Notes under the pieces: model-generated
Told to the model about the DNA's origin: nothing
What the model saw: only the letters and a program-made list of their open reading frames with translations
Database searches by the model: none
Shown here: piece after piece, positions 49,443 through 59,063 of the stretch
How positions within the stretch are numbered: position 1 is the stretch's first letter
How the letters are laid out: the number at the start of each line of letters is the position of its first letter
Position numbers and translations under genes: made by a program
NCBI GenBank assembly: GCA_965199685.1
Contig: OZ241323.1
Location: 2,529,940-2,593,939 of the forward strand
Reading direction: 5' to 3'
DNA from: an uncultured candidatus Porisulfidus sp.
GTDB taxonomy: Bacteria > Pseudomonadota > Gammaproteobacteria > Poriferisulfidales > Oxydemutatoraceae
DNA length: 64,000 nt

Positions 49443-52334
49443 GTGCCTTCACATATTTTGCCTTTTCGTAGCGACCTCTCGGCATTTTGTGCCGGGACCG
49501 TAGTCGCAGATTTTTCGGAACAGCTACCTGATTTATCAAACGCGGTTATACTCGTCCCCGAAGCGACTGCGCGTATCAGAATACAGTTTCTAACACTGCG
49601 CAAACACTTATCAGATCAAGCGCGGCAGCGAGGATACGAGGCAATTATCCCACCGACGGTTGCTACACCAAAGCGGCTATTCTCAGAACGTTATATAACG
49701 ACTGGTAAAACAACGAAAGGTTTATGTGCCAAATTAAGTTTGGCGACTGCGCTACATCAATATAAAAACCTATTCCCCAATGCGAGTAGATGGCAACTAG
49801 CCGACGAGATAATTTCGGTTTTTGACAAAATCAGCGAATACGATTACGCTGCCGAGCGAGACGATGACAGCTTGGAAAAAAACACTGAGACGCTTGCTGC
49901 AACATGGCAGGACGATACGCGCATACTTTTGACTTTATGGCAAACATGGAAAAGTTTATACGATGAAAAGAACTATCCAACTTTTGCTTGGTATAAGATG
50001 CTCAATACGGATACATACACCGAACCAAACGAGCATGTATATCTATGCGGTATGAATCATCTATCGCCATGCTTTGAGAAGTGGGCGTGCAATTTATATA
50101 GTCAGAGTCGCCTAACATGGATCAGCAAGGCGAACACCGCCGCTATTCCGGTTGCTTATAATCCTGTTTTACAAACCGCCGAGCAACTCACTGCAACTGC
50201 CGACAACCCTCCTGCTTTCACCGATAGCGATACCGACTACAGCAGTTTGCTGGACAGCATATTCTCTTCCCGAGTTTCATCAGATCAGAAAAACATACCC
50301 TTTGCGGAGCGTGCGTGGCGGTTTGCTGAAACACATGCCACAAGTCCTTTCAACAAAAGGATGCGCTTGTTTTTCCCGATGACCACCGAAGAACATGCAT
50401 GGGGTATTTATATTGCGGTGCGTCGCTGGTTGGAGCAGAAGCATCACAGAATAGGGCTGGTAAGTTTGGATCGCAAATTGAGCAGGCGCATCGGAGCGAT
50501 CTTTGAAAGATACAAGATCCCGTTGATAGATTATTCCGGCTGGGAGCTTTCCACCACCAGCAGCGCGGCGGCTTTCAGGCATGTTTTAGGTAGCACAGAG
50601 GGCGCGCCGGATATCAGGACGGTGTTGGAGCTGATGAGATCTCCGTATTGCGATTTAGAAGTGGAACATGGCGATGCAATTGTGGCGGCAGATTATATAG
50701 AGGACTTGCTCAGCAGCCGTCAGATACGGCATAGTCCTATTGATAAAGCCCTGAAACAGATTAAGATTGCTGCAACCCGCAACCTACTATCAATCACACT
50801 TGCCGACAAAATCATCACCGCGTTGACTCCTATAGAGCGATTAAGAGATGGGAGAGAACATCCGTACACCAAGTATTTTGAGTGTTTGTTTGATGCGATG
50901 AAAAAACTGGGTATGTATAAAGAGCTATCTGCAGACCACGCTGGGGAGAGGATAATCTCCGAATTACAACAGCTACATAAGGCGGTCAAAATAGAGGGCG
51001 AGCGGGCGAGCTTCAATGTATGGCAGACTTTGATTTTGTATCGTCTGGAGCGGAGTAACTTCATGCCTGATTGCCCGAAACACGGTGTCTTTTTAATGAA
51101 CCCGGGACAAGCCGAACTTATGCAATTTGATGCATTGGCTATCATCGCATTGGATAGTAGCCACTTCCCTCATTCGCCGCAAATTGGCGGCTTAATCAAC
51201 GAAAATATTCGTCGCGAGTTAGGGCTTGAGACTTACGAACAATCCGTTGGAACCCAATTCATGCTGTTTAGAACCTTGTTGGAGAGTGCCGAACATCTAT
51301 TGCTGAGTTGCCAGCAATATAACAAAGATAGGCAGGTCATGCCGTCGGCTTGGCTTACTGCGATTCGTGATTTTCATCAAATCGCATACGACGATCTAAG
51401 CGACCATGATTTGCAAAGCATGGCGCAACGATGTTCATCACTAAGTCTAGGAACCGAGCAGGGACTTGAAGCGCAGATGCAAAGCATCGCAAAACCGACT
51501 GCGCCGAAGCAGTTATGGCCGCAGCGGCTCAGTGTAAGCGGATATCAACGAATAATAGATTGTCCATACCAATTTTACGCACGCTACATATTAAAAATCT
51601 ATAGTCGTCGCGAAGTATCCGACCATTGGGATGCGATGGACTACGGCAGTTATCTGCATGATTGTTTGCAGGAATTACACGCAAGGCTAAACGCGCTTTA
51701 TGACCCGCCGATTTGGGTTGCAGAAAAACGCCTTGAGATAATCGCCTTGGCACTGGAGATATTACAGGAAAAATTTAAGGAAGCAGAATTTAGTAATTAT
51801 GTAAATCATTTCTGGTTCAACGATGCAAACGAAGCAATGGCCTATTATGTAGATTGGATGATAGAACGGCAACAAGAACAAGCCATATCGTCAACGAGCA
51901 GCGAGCAGGAGCTAGAAGAGGAATTATCGGAAAATCTATCTATGCGAGGCTTTGCAGACTTGATTTTACAAACTGCAAAAGGTTCTATATTGGTAGACTA
52001 TAAAACCGGCAACTTGGCGCGCAAGAAAGACATAGAAAGCGGCGAGCACATACAGCTAACCAGTTATGCATTGCTTGACAAAAACATCAATACCGCAATC
52101 TACTTGGCATTGGGTGCTAAAAACAGAGGCGAGCAGCGTACCTTGCAAAGCGAGGAACTTGCCGAATACCGAAATAAAAATCTAAGCAGGCTGTTAAGCA
52201 TTAAAGCTGACTACGACTCCGAACAGCCTTTGAGTGCATGGGGCAACAAACAGAGTGTATGCAAATATTGCGATTATGCAGGTCTTTGCCGACGCTCTGC
52301 ATGGGATGAATATCACGATTGGACGACGACATGA
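49443..52334 (+). CDS. AddB-like PD-(D/E)XK nuclease family protein (inactivated-helicase N-terminus, Cas4-like nuclease with Fe-S cysteines)
   Basis: The C-terminus has the PD-(D/E)XK motif GFADLIL...ILVDYKTG and the four-Cys cluster C-x-x-C-x5-C (CKYCDYAGLC). The protein is 963 aa. The ferredoxin stop and this start are 2 nt apart. Confidence 0.6.
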   Translation: MPSHILPFRSDLSAFCAGTVVADFSEQLPDLSNAVILVPEATARIRIQFLTLRKHLSDQARQRGYEAIIPPTVATPKRLFSERYITTGKTTKGLCAKLSLATALHQYKNLFPNASRWQLADEIISVFDKISEYDYAAERDDDSLEKNTETLAATWQDDTRILLTLWQTWKSLYDEKNYPTFAWYKMLNTDTYTEPNEHVYLCGMNHLSPCFEKWACNLYSQSRLTWISKANTAAIPVAYNPVLQTAEQLTATADNPPAFTDSDTDYSSLLDSIFSSRVSSDQKNIPFAERAWRFAETHATSPFNKRMRLFFPMTTEEHAWGIYIAVRRWLEQKHHRIGLVSLDRKLSRRIGAIFERYKIPLIDYSGWELSTTSSAAAFRHVLGSTEGAPDIRTVLELMRSPYCDLEVEHGDAIVAADYIEDLLSSRQIRHSPIDKALKQIKIAATRNLLSITLADKIITALTPIERLRDGREHPYTKYFECLFDAMKKLGMYKELSADHAGERIISELQQLHKAVKIEGERASFNVWQTLILYRLERSNFMPDCPKHGVFLMNPGQAELMQFDALAIIALDSSHFPHSPQIGGLINENIRRELGLETYEQSVGTQFMLFRTLLESAEHLLLSCQQYNKDRQVMPSAWLTAIRDFHQIAYDDLSDHDLQSMAQRCSSLSLGTEQGLEAQMQSIAKPTAPKQLWPQRLSVSGYQRIIDCPYQFYARYILKIYSRREVSDHWDAMDYGSYLHDCLQELHARLNALYDPPIWVAEKRLEIIALALEILQEKFKEAEFSNYVNHFWFNDANEAMAYYVDWMIERQQEQAISSTSSEQELEEELSENLSMRGFADLILQTAKGSILVDYKTGNLARKKDIESGEHIQLTSYALLDKNINTAIYLALGAKNRGEQRTLQSEELAEYRNKNLSRLLSIKADYDSEQPLSAWGNKQSVCKYCDYAGLCRRSAWDEYHDWTTT

Positions 52335-53032
52335 GATACGTCTTTGCATTAATTTTGTACGGCGCGCTGACTATGCAAAGTGTAGCCCAAGAATTATCAT
52401 CGTTCAAAGCGATCTATAAAATCGGCATCCCTAACATAACTGCTGCCGAGATGGCTGTCGTCCTCAAACGCGAAGACCATAAGTTCTTGTATAAAAGCGC
52501 GGTAGAGCCTGTAGGATTAGGAAACATTCTCAACATTCGCGCACAAAGTCAAAGCAAGATTATCAAAAAGGGCGAACACTGGCTACCGTTGGTCTATGAA
52601 AAAGAGGTTTCGGACAAAGACAAAAGGCAAGAGTATCGTTTTGATTGGAAAAACTATAAAGCCCAAGTGCTTTATAAAGGCGAGCAGTCTACTCTGGACA
52701 TTAAAGCAGGCACGGTAGATGAAAACACCTTTCAGCTCAAACTAAGAGCAGATGTTATCAAGACGCTGGACTCGGAGTTTGACCGAAACTACACCCTCAT
52801 CTCCGATGGACGATTGAAAGAAAGACGCTTCGTGAAAAAAGGCGAAGAGACAATCACTATTGCCGACAAAAGATTTAATACGATTCGCATAGAACGATAC
52901 AAAAATGCAAAACCAGATCAAATATACTGGCTCAGTCCGAAGCACGATTATCTGCCGATAAAGATAGCAAGGATGGACGGCGATAAAGTTAGAACCACAT
53001 TGACATTAAAAAGCTGGATACCCGACGAATAG
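52331..53032 (+). CDS. Hypothetical periplasmic protein (DUF3108-like), signal peptide
   Basis: MRYVFALILYGALTMQSVAQE signal peptide. The family assignment is from memory only. Confidence 0.35.
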   Translation: MRYVFALILYGALTMQSVAQELSSFKAIYKIGIPNITAAEMAVVLKREDHKFLYKSAVEPVGLGNILNIRAQSQSKIIKKGEHWLPLVYEKEVSDKDKRQEYRFDWKNYKAQVLYKGEQSTLDIKAGTVDENTFQLKLRADVIKTLDSEFDRNYTLISDGRLKERRFVKKGEETITIADKRFNTIRIERYKNAKPDQIYWLSPKHDYLPIKIARMDGDKVRTTLTLKSWIPDE

Positions 53033-53147
53033 AATCGATGCAAAAGTATTATTAAGCCATCCTTACAAATCTATGAAATACTTTTTCAATAGGGAAAATC
53101 TTGGGATATGCTAAAGTCTATACATACAAACATAGGAGCATATAAAA

Positions 53148-53393
53148 ATGTCTGAAATCGCTTTATACAACACATTAAGAAAGATACCGGAAGTATCCGA
53201 TGCCGAAGCAAAGGAAGCCGTTGCTGGTGTTGCTAGTTCAAAGGATGTAGCAACGAAGACAGATATCAAAGATATAGCGACCAAGGTCGATATAGCGGAG
53301 GTAAAAGCGGAGATAGCGAAGCTAGAGACGCGTATGACTTGGAAGCTAGTGGGTATTGGTGTGGTGATTATCGGAGTGATTAAATATCTCTAA
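53148..53393 (+). CDS. Small coiled-coil protein with C-terminal TM helix (DUF1640-like), paralog 1
   Basis: MSEIALYNTLRKIPEVSDAEAKEAVAGVASSKDVATKTDIKDIATKVDIAEVKAEIAKLETRMTWKLVGIGVVIIGVIKYL; paralog of 55974..56240. Confidence 0.5.
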   Translation: MSEIALYNTLRKIPEVSDAEAKEAVAGVASSKDVATKTDIKDIATKVDIAEVKAEIAKLETRMTWKLVGIGVVIIGVIKYL

Positions 53394-53396
53394 CCA

Positions 53397-53560
53397 CTGG
53401 TAAGGGCGGACAATTTGAAATGCTGATTGACCTACCGGTTCAATCGGCGGCTTTATTCTGCCCAAACGCGTTGCGTCTGCCCAAACAATCCATTTGGGGC
53501 TGTTGAAAAAGTACCGCTATTGCATAAACTCAACCGCTTGCGTTATTGAATTTATGAAAA
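53397..53560. repeat. Repeat modules, locus R9
   Basis: tgattgacctaccggttcaatcggcgg, aacgcgttgcgtctgcccaaacaatccatt and ggggctgttgaaaaagtaccgctattgcataaactcaaccgcttgcg. Confidence 0.6.
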
Positions 53561-53739
53561 CGTGTCTACTATTTGGGATAAGATCATATCTCCATTAAGT
53601 TAAAAACTCTATCATATTACATTGACGTTTTCCACGACATTATCCCATTTTTAGGATTGCATCCAAAGTTGGTTTTCACTCTGTTGCCTCTGCCATATAC
53701 ATAGGAAAAACTGAATTGCTTTCCTTGCCTCACAAAATT

Positions 53740-54489
53740 CTAAAATCTACCGGTTAAACCAAAAAATATGCTTCTGTTATCAACGCTTGCATCAGGGTCA
53801 CTTATTGGTGCTGCTACACCACTGATAGATAATAATGCAGGTACTTCCTCATCATCATAGTCATAGTTATGAAATTCCATTCGTAATGCCAAATTTTTCG
53901 TGAAAGCCAATTCATACCCGGCTCCCCAATAACTTCCTTTGAAATCGACACTAGTTCGTTCTACTACTAGTCTTCCTATATCGATCGGGCTCCCGTTCAC
54001 ATTTTCAAGGGAAAACACAGAGAAACCCATTCCTCTCACCTCCGTTTCTACATAGCCTAAATCTATATAAACATGACCTCCTAACACGCCGCTATCGTCC
54101 AATATTCCAACTCGCGCACCAATGCCCATAGTGCTTTGCTGGTCAAGTTCAATACTGCTAAATTCTTCATCAATTACTATATTCGTTAGCCTTATTGTTG
54201 ATTGCCCCACTGTTAACTGTGCATCTCTAAACGTTTCTAATTCTCCAATATAAAAAGTATCAATACCCAAATACATTCTGTAATTAGTATCTCTTATGAG
54301 CTTGCTACTTTTACCATAACCCAACGATACCTTTGGCACCCATTCACTGAATTCCGCCTCACCCTCAAAAACTCTAGTCTCATTTTTGAAATAAGTATAC
54401 CCAGCAGATGCATAGAAACCATCAAACATTCTTTCTGCTAACGCAACACTTGATGCCATTAGTAGCAATACCAAAATAATAATGCGCAT
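53740..54489 (-). CDS. Outer-membrane beta-barrel protein (porin/OmpA-like)
   Basis: A signal peptide is present (MRIIILVLLLMASSVALA). Amphipathic strands alternate, and the C-terminus ends in Phe (LTGRF). The true start is an internal Met of track ORF 53740..54567. Confidence 0.55.
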   Translation of the reverse strand: MRIIILVLLLMASSVALAERMFDGFYASAGYTYFKNETRVFEGEAEFSEWVPKVSLGYGKSSKLIRDTNYRMYLGIDTFYIGELETFRDAQLTVGQSTIRLTNIVIDEEFSSIELDQQSTMGIGARVGILDDSGVLGGHVYIDLGYVETEVRGMGFSVFSLENVNGSPIDIGRLVVERTSVDFKGSYWGAGYELAFTKNLALRMEFHNYDYDDEEVPALLSISGVAAPISDPDASVDNRSIFFGLTGRF

Positions 54490-54792
54490 GAAGAATCTCC
54501 TCTTGTGTTGTTTGTTATATCTCTCGTAGGCATCACATGGATACCGGGCGATTGCTACAAACATCACAAAAGATATTCCTGTTTATTTCCCTATCGGGTG
54601 TTTTATTCACAGGTCACCCGACACGGGTAAATTGTGATGTTTTGTAGCGAGAAATATATTAGCAGAATTATCGGAAATCCTGAAATTTCATTTTCGAACA
54701 TGCCTCCCCGTTTTGCAGTTATCCGTAACTTAAGCATCGTATATAGGCTCTTGTTTATAATGGGCTTTTCAACTCAAATAAACAGAGGGAAA

Positions 54793-55725
54793 ATGAAAGT
54801 ACACATCTCAAAGAATAGTAAAAGGGTAGTAAGCGGTATCGCTGCCGTATTGTTTTTATTATTGCTATCGGCACTAACATCTGTCAACGCGTATCAGGTG
54901 GGAGAAACCTTTCGTGATTGTGCGACATGTCCGGAGATGGTCGTGTTGCCGGCAGGAAAGTTCATGATGGGTTCGCCCGAAGGAGAGAGGGGAAGATATG
55001 GTGATGAAGGACCGCAACGTCAAGTTGCCATTCCTGAGCCTTTTGCGGTGGGTAAATATGAGGTGACCGTAGGGCAATATACGGAGTTTGTTAGAGAGAC
55101 AAAACACAAAACCGGAAATTGTTCTTATCCGGGAGATGGATCTTGGCGTGATCCAGGTTTTAAGCAAAGCAATGATCATCCGGTAGTATGTGTTTCTTGG
55201 GATGATGCTACAACTTATGTCTATTGGTTATCATTGAAGACTGGGCATGAATACCGGTTATTGACTGAGGCGGAATGGGAATATGCGGCTCGAGCTGGAA
55301 CGACTACAGAGTATCACTTTGGCAGAGTGATTTTGGGTAATCAGGCTAATTACAACAACAAAAACGAAGGCACTGTAGTGGTAGGCAGTTATCCTGCAAA
55401 TGCATTTGGGCTACACGACATGCACGGTAATGTATGGGAATGGGTAGAGGACTGCTGGCACGATGATTACACTGGTGCACCGACAAATGGTAGTGCATGG
55501 CTTGGCGGATGTAGAAAAGGCAGCGAGGATGATTGCAGGTATTATAGTGGGGACGCTTTGAGTATATGTAAAGAGCTGATAGTTGGAAAGGTATTACGCG
55601 TGTTGCGCGGCGGTTCTTGGGACAATGACTCGAAAAGTGTGCGCTCCGCCGCTCGCGACGGAGGCAGCGCAGCTTACCTGCACAGCTACCTTGGTTTCCG
55701 AGTTGCCCGGACGCTTACTCCGTAA
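54793..55725 (+). CDS. Formylglycine-generating-enzyme (FGE-sulfatase/SUMF1) family protein, secreted
   Basis: A signal peptide is present (MKVHISKNSKRVVSGIAAVLFLLLLSALTSVNA). FGE-family motifs follow: YRLLTEAEWEYAARAG, HDMHGNVWEWVEDCW and RVLRGGSWDN. Confidence 0.7.
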   Translation: MKVHISKNSKRVVSGIAAVLFLLLLSALTSVNAYQVGETFRDCATCPEMVVLPAGKFMMGSPEGERGRYGDEGPQRQVAIPEPFAVGKYEVTVGQYTEFVRETKHKTGNCSYPGDGSWRDPGFKQSNDHPVVCVSWDDATTYVYWLSLKTGHEYRLLTEAEWEYAARAGTTTEYHFGRVILGNQANYNNKNEGTVVVGSYPANAFGLHDMHGNVWEWVEDCWHDDYTGAPTNGSAWLGGCRKGSEDDCRYYSGDALSICKELIVGKVLRVLRGGSWDNDSKSVRSAARDGGSAAYLHSYLGFRVARTLTP

Positions 55726-55778
55726 ATCTTCACCTCAGAGATTGAGGATGACGAGGCTTTGAGCTGATTACTAATATT

Positions 55779-55876
55779 GGACTGTTGAAAAAGTATTTTC
55801 TGCCCCTACCATTTTCTTAAATTTAGTGGCGCAAGCGGTTACGTTTGAGCGATGGTGGTACTTTTTCAACAGTCTG
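55779..55876. repeat. Complete ~98-bp MITE-like element with ~15-bp terminal inverted repeats, locus R10
   Basis: ggactgttgaaaaagta...ttaaatttagtggcgcaagcggttacgtttgagcg...ggtactttttcaacagtctgac. The internal sequence matches 3665..3700 (ttaatttagtggtgcgtggcggttacgtttgtgcag). Confidence 0.7.
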
Positions 55877-55973
55877 ACATTACTACTTTGCGCTTACACG
55901 CAGTGCGTTGTGGCGGCCGCTGAGTGTTGATATGTGTTATGCTACACATATACCAAAGCAGGAGTAAATGGAG

Positions 55974-56240
55974 ATGTCCGAAATCGCACTATACAACGCA
56001 TTAACAAAGCTAGGCCTAACGCACGATGAGGCAAAGGAAGCCGTGTCTGATGTTGCTAGTTCAAAGGAAGTAGCAACGAAGACAGACATAGTAGAGCTAA
56101 AAGCAGAAACGAAAGCAGATATCAAAGATATGGCGACCAAAGTAGATTTAGCAAACCTAGAGACAAGGTTAACAAATAGAATGTATACGGCGGCCGGGGT
56201 AATAATTGCAGCAGTCGGATTGATGATAAAGTTCTTATAA
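55974..56240 (+). CDS. Small coiled-coil protein with C-terminal TM helix (DUF1640-like), paralog 2
   Basis: MSEIALYNALTKLGLTHDEAKEAVSDVASSKEVATKTDIVELKAETKADIKDMATKVDLANLETRLTNRMYTAAGVIIAAVGLMIKFL. Confidence 0.5.
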   Translation: MSEIALYNALTKLGLTHDEAKEAVSDVASSKEVATKTDIVELKAETKADIKDMATKVDLANLETRLTNRMYTAAGVIIAAVGLMIKFL

Positions 56241-56322
56241 ACCTCATTTTTAGGATTGCATCCAAAGTTAGTTTTCATGCGGTTGTCTCCCAAGAGCCAA
56301 CACTTCCCCCGCTCCCCTCGTT

Positions 56323-56350
56323 TTGCAGTTACCCGAAGCTAGGGTATAAT
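56323..56350 (+). promoter_or_regulatory. Near-consensus sigma-70 promoter upstream of rpoZ
   Basis: TTGCAG at 56323..56328, a 16-bp spacer and TATAAT at 56345..56350, about 70 nt upstream of the rpoZ ATG. Confidence 0.5.
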
Positions 56351-56418
56351 TGCATTTCGCCTTGATATTAGGCGGATTATTTTTCACCCATCATAAAGAG
56401 AGGCATTAGAGAGACATT

Positions 56419-56799
56419 ATGGCAAGAGTTACAATAGAAGACTGCATTGAAAAAGTCGGCAGTCATTTCAGGGTAGTCCAGATAGCATCGCATCGGGCGC
56501 ACCAACTGGAGTTAGGCGCGAAGCCTATGGTTGATAAGGAGGGAGATAAACCAGTAGTCATTGCATTGCGAGAGATTTCCGAAGGCAAGATAGACGCAGG
56601 GGTGCTCAGCAAGCCTTTAGCCGAAAAAGATCCTTTCGAACAAGAGCAGGGTCTGCTGGCACAGTCCGACGACTTAGGAGAGGTTATTGCAGACATAGAA
56701 AACTACAACGACATGAATGAAGTAGTAGAAGGCGAAGATGCCACGTCACAGCAAGAGGCAGATTTGGGGGATGAGGAGCCTAAAACAGGCGAAGCCTAA
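56419..56799 (+). CDS. rpoZ: DNA-directed RNA polymerase subunit omega (with extended acidic C-terminal tail)
   Basis: MARVTIEDCIEKVGSHFRVVQIASHRAHQL. The spoT gene follows, as in the conserved rpoZ-spoT pair. Confidence 0.85.
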   Translation: MARVTIEDCIEKVGSHFRVVQIASHRAHQLELGAKPMVDKEGDKPVVIALREISEGKIDAGVLSKPLAEKDPFEQEQGLLAQSDDLGEVIADIENYNDMNEVVEGEDATSQQEADLGDEEPKTGEA

Positions 56800-56839
56800 T
56801 ATCGCTATAGCAGACTTTTCAATCGGGTTTTAGTCTGCT

Positions 56840-59008
56840 ATGGAAGCATCAAAAACCTTTGCAGGGGATCTTCATAGCAAGCATAGCAAACTTCCGATCT
56901 ACAACATGGCGTTGGATAAGTTGCACTATGCTGTGGGTCGGTATATGACTTCCGATGAAATCAGTCGTGTTCATAGTGCTTATCTGTTTGGTGCCGAGGC
57001 ACATCTGAATCAAACGCGCATCTCGGGCGATCCTTATATTTATCATCCTATACAAGTTGCACAAATAATGGCAGAGCTCCGTTTGGATGCGGTTACCATT
57101 TCTGCGGGCTTGTTGCACGATGTATTGGAGGACACCGTTATTACTAAAGATCAGTTGTCCGAGCAGTTCGGCAAGGCGGTTGCCGAAGTTGTTGACGGGG
57201 TGAGTAAATTGCCCAAGCTGGAATTTGAAAGCAAGGAGATTGGTCAAGCTAAAAACTTTCGGAAGATGCTGTTAGCGATGGCCAAAGACCCGCGTGTCAT
57301 ACTGGTTAAGCTGTCCGATCGTCTACACAATATGCGCACCGTCTACTATTTGCCTTCTCCCAAGCAACGAAGGATCGCTCAAGAGACGCTTGAGATATAC
57401 GCACCGCTAGCGCAATGCTTAGGCATAGACAGGATACGATTGGAGTTGGAAGACCTATCGTTCAAAGCCTTGTATCCGTTGCGCTACAGGGTACTTGAGA
57501 GGGCGGTGCGCAGATACGATAAGCGCAAGGCACTGGTAGAGAAAATGCTGGAAATCTTTCGCGTTCATTTGAAGTCTGCCGAGTTTTCGTATCGTATATA
57601 CGGGCGCAGCAAGCATCTTTACAGCATTTACCGAAAGATGAAAGAACGTAAACATTCTTTGGGTCAAATCTTCGATATTTATGGAATTCGCATCATTGTT
57701 TCCAATGTAGATCATTGCTATCGCATGCTCGGATTGTTACATAATTTGTTCAAGCCGGTGCCTGGTCGCTTCAAGGATTACATTGCATTGCCCAAGCCCA
57801 ATGGTTATCAATCGCTACATACGGTCGTCGTTGGTTCGCAAGGCCTAAAGCTGGAAGTGCAGATTAGAACGCAAGAGATGGAGGAAATCGCAGAGAGCGG
57901 TATCGCTGCACATGCGCTTTATAAGACTGGTGCATCCAGCCGCTCAACAATGGCGCGCCGTTGGATACAAAATCTTATAGGCTTGCAACAAAAGACTGGT
58001 AACAATTCAGCCGAGTATATGGAAAGCCTAAAAACCCAGCTCTTTCCTGTGGAGGTATATGTTTTCACACCGCAAGGAAAGATCATTGTTTTACCGCGTA
58101 AGGCAACGGCACTGGATTTTGCTTTTGCTATCCATACCGACTTGGGGCTTGCGACTGAGCGGGTTCGTGTCAATGGTCACATAGAGGCTCTAAACTACAA
58201 GCTGCAAAGCGGACAAACGGTAGAGGTCATTACTGCGGATAATGTTGCCCCCGACTCTAGGTGGCTTGAGTTTGTAGTAACTGCCAAAGCCCGTACTGCG
58301 ATAGTGCAGTACTTAAAGAACATTGAATCGTACGAAGCAGTTGAGCTGGGACGTTATTTATTAAAGCAAGCTCTGGCAAGTTGCCAACATCGTTTATCGG
58401 ATATATCTAAATCTCGCCTGAGAGAAGTTTTGGAGTCCTTAAAATTAAAGAATGTGAACGAATTATTCAAAGAGATAGGATTGGGTCGGCAGCTTCCCTC
58501 ACTGGTTGTGGTACTTTTGACCGATGTCGCTCAAGCCGATGAGCAGCTTAGCTTGGAGATAGAACCGGAGGCTATTATCAAAGGTATTGAAGGCATGACT
58601 GTGGTCTGTGCTAAGTGCTGTTTCCCTATTCCTGGTGACCCGATTACTGGAGTGATGAGCCCGGGCAAAGGTTTGGTGATACATCGTGAAAGTTGTGCCA
58701 ATGTGCATGCCAAAAATGTGCGGAGGATTCTACTTAATTGGGCAGACAAGCCGAATACCTTAGCGGAGTATTCTGCTGCCATTCGTATCGTCGTGCCTCA
58801 TCGCAGCGGTGTGTTGGCAACCTTAGCATCAAAGATAGCGCAGACTGGTTCCAACATAAAGAATGTCTTCTTAGACGAGCAAGGTGTCGGCAGTGCGGCG
58901 ATTACTTTCGTGCTTAGCGTGCGCGACACCAATCAATTAGATAAAATAATGAGACGCATTAACCAAGCATTTGAAGGTGTTAAGGTATCCAGGGTTGAAT
59001 ACCGCTAA
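56840..59008 (+). CDS. spoT: Bifunctional (p)ppGpp synthetase/hydrolase
   Basis: An HD hydrolase domain (HPIQVAQIMAELRLD...LLHDVLEDT) and a synthetase domain (YGRSKHLYSIYRKM, GYQSLHT) are followed by TGS and ACT regions. Alternative start MALDKL at about 56909. Confidence 0.85.
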   Translation: MEASKTFAGDLHSKHSKLPIYNMALDKLHYAVGRYMTSDEISRVHSAYLFGAEAHLNQTRISGDPYIYHPIQVAQIMAELRLDAVTISAGLLHDVLEDTVITKDQLSEQFGKAVAEVVDGVSKLPKLEFESKEIGQAKNFRKMLLAMAKDPRVILVKLSDRLHNMRTVYYLPSPKQRRIAQETLEIYAPLAQCLGIDRIRLELEDLSFKALYPLRYRVLERAVRRYDKRKALVEKMLEIFRVHLKSAEFSYRIYGRSKHLYSIYRKMKERKHSLGQIFDIYGIRIIVSNVDHCYRMLGLLHNLFKPVPGRFKDYIALPKPNGYQSLHTVVVGSQGLKLEVQIRTQEMEEIAESGIAAHALYKTGASSRSTMARRWIQNLIGLQQKTGNNSAEYMESLKTQLFPVEVYVFTPQGKIIVLPRKATALDFAFAIHTDLGLATERVRVNGHIEALNYKLQSGQTVEVITADNVAPDSRWLEFVVTAKARTAIVQYLKNIESYEAVELGRYLLKQALASCQHRLSDISKSRLREVLESLKLKNVNELFKEIGLGRQLPSLVVVLLTDVAQADEQLSLEIEPEAIIKGIEGMTVVCAKCCFPIPGDPITGVMSPGKGLVIHRESCANVHAKNVRRILLNWADKPNTLAEYSAAIRIVVPHRSGVLATLASKIAQTGSNIKNVFLDEQGVGSAAITFVLSVRDTNQLDKIMRRINQAFEGVKVSRVEYR

Positions 59009-59063
59009 GCACCCTATTTGCTCGGCTAGAATAATCTTTAAGAACCATTTTTAACAGAGGTGA

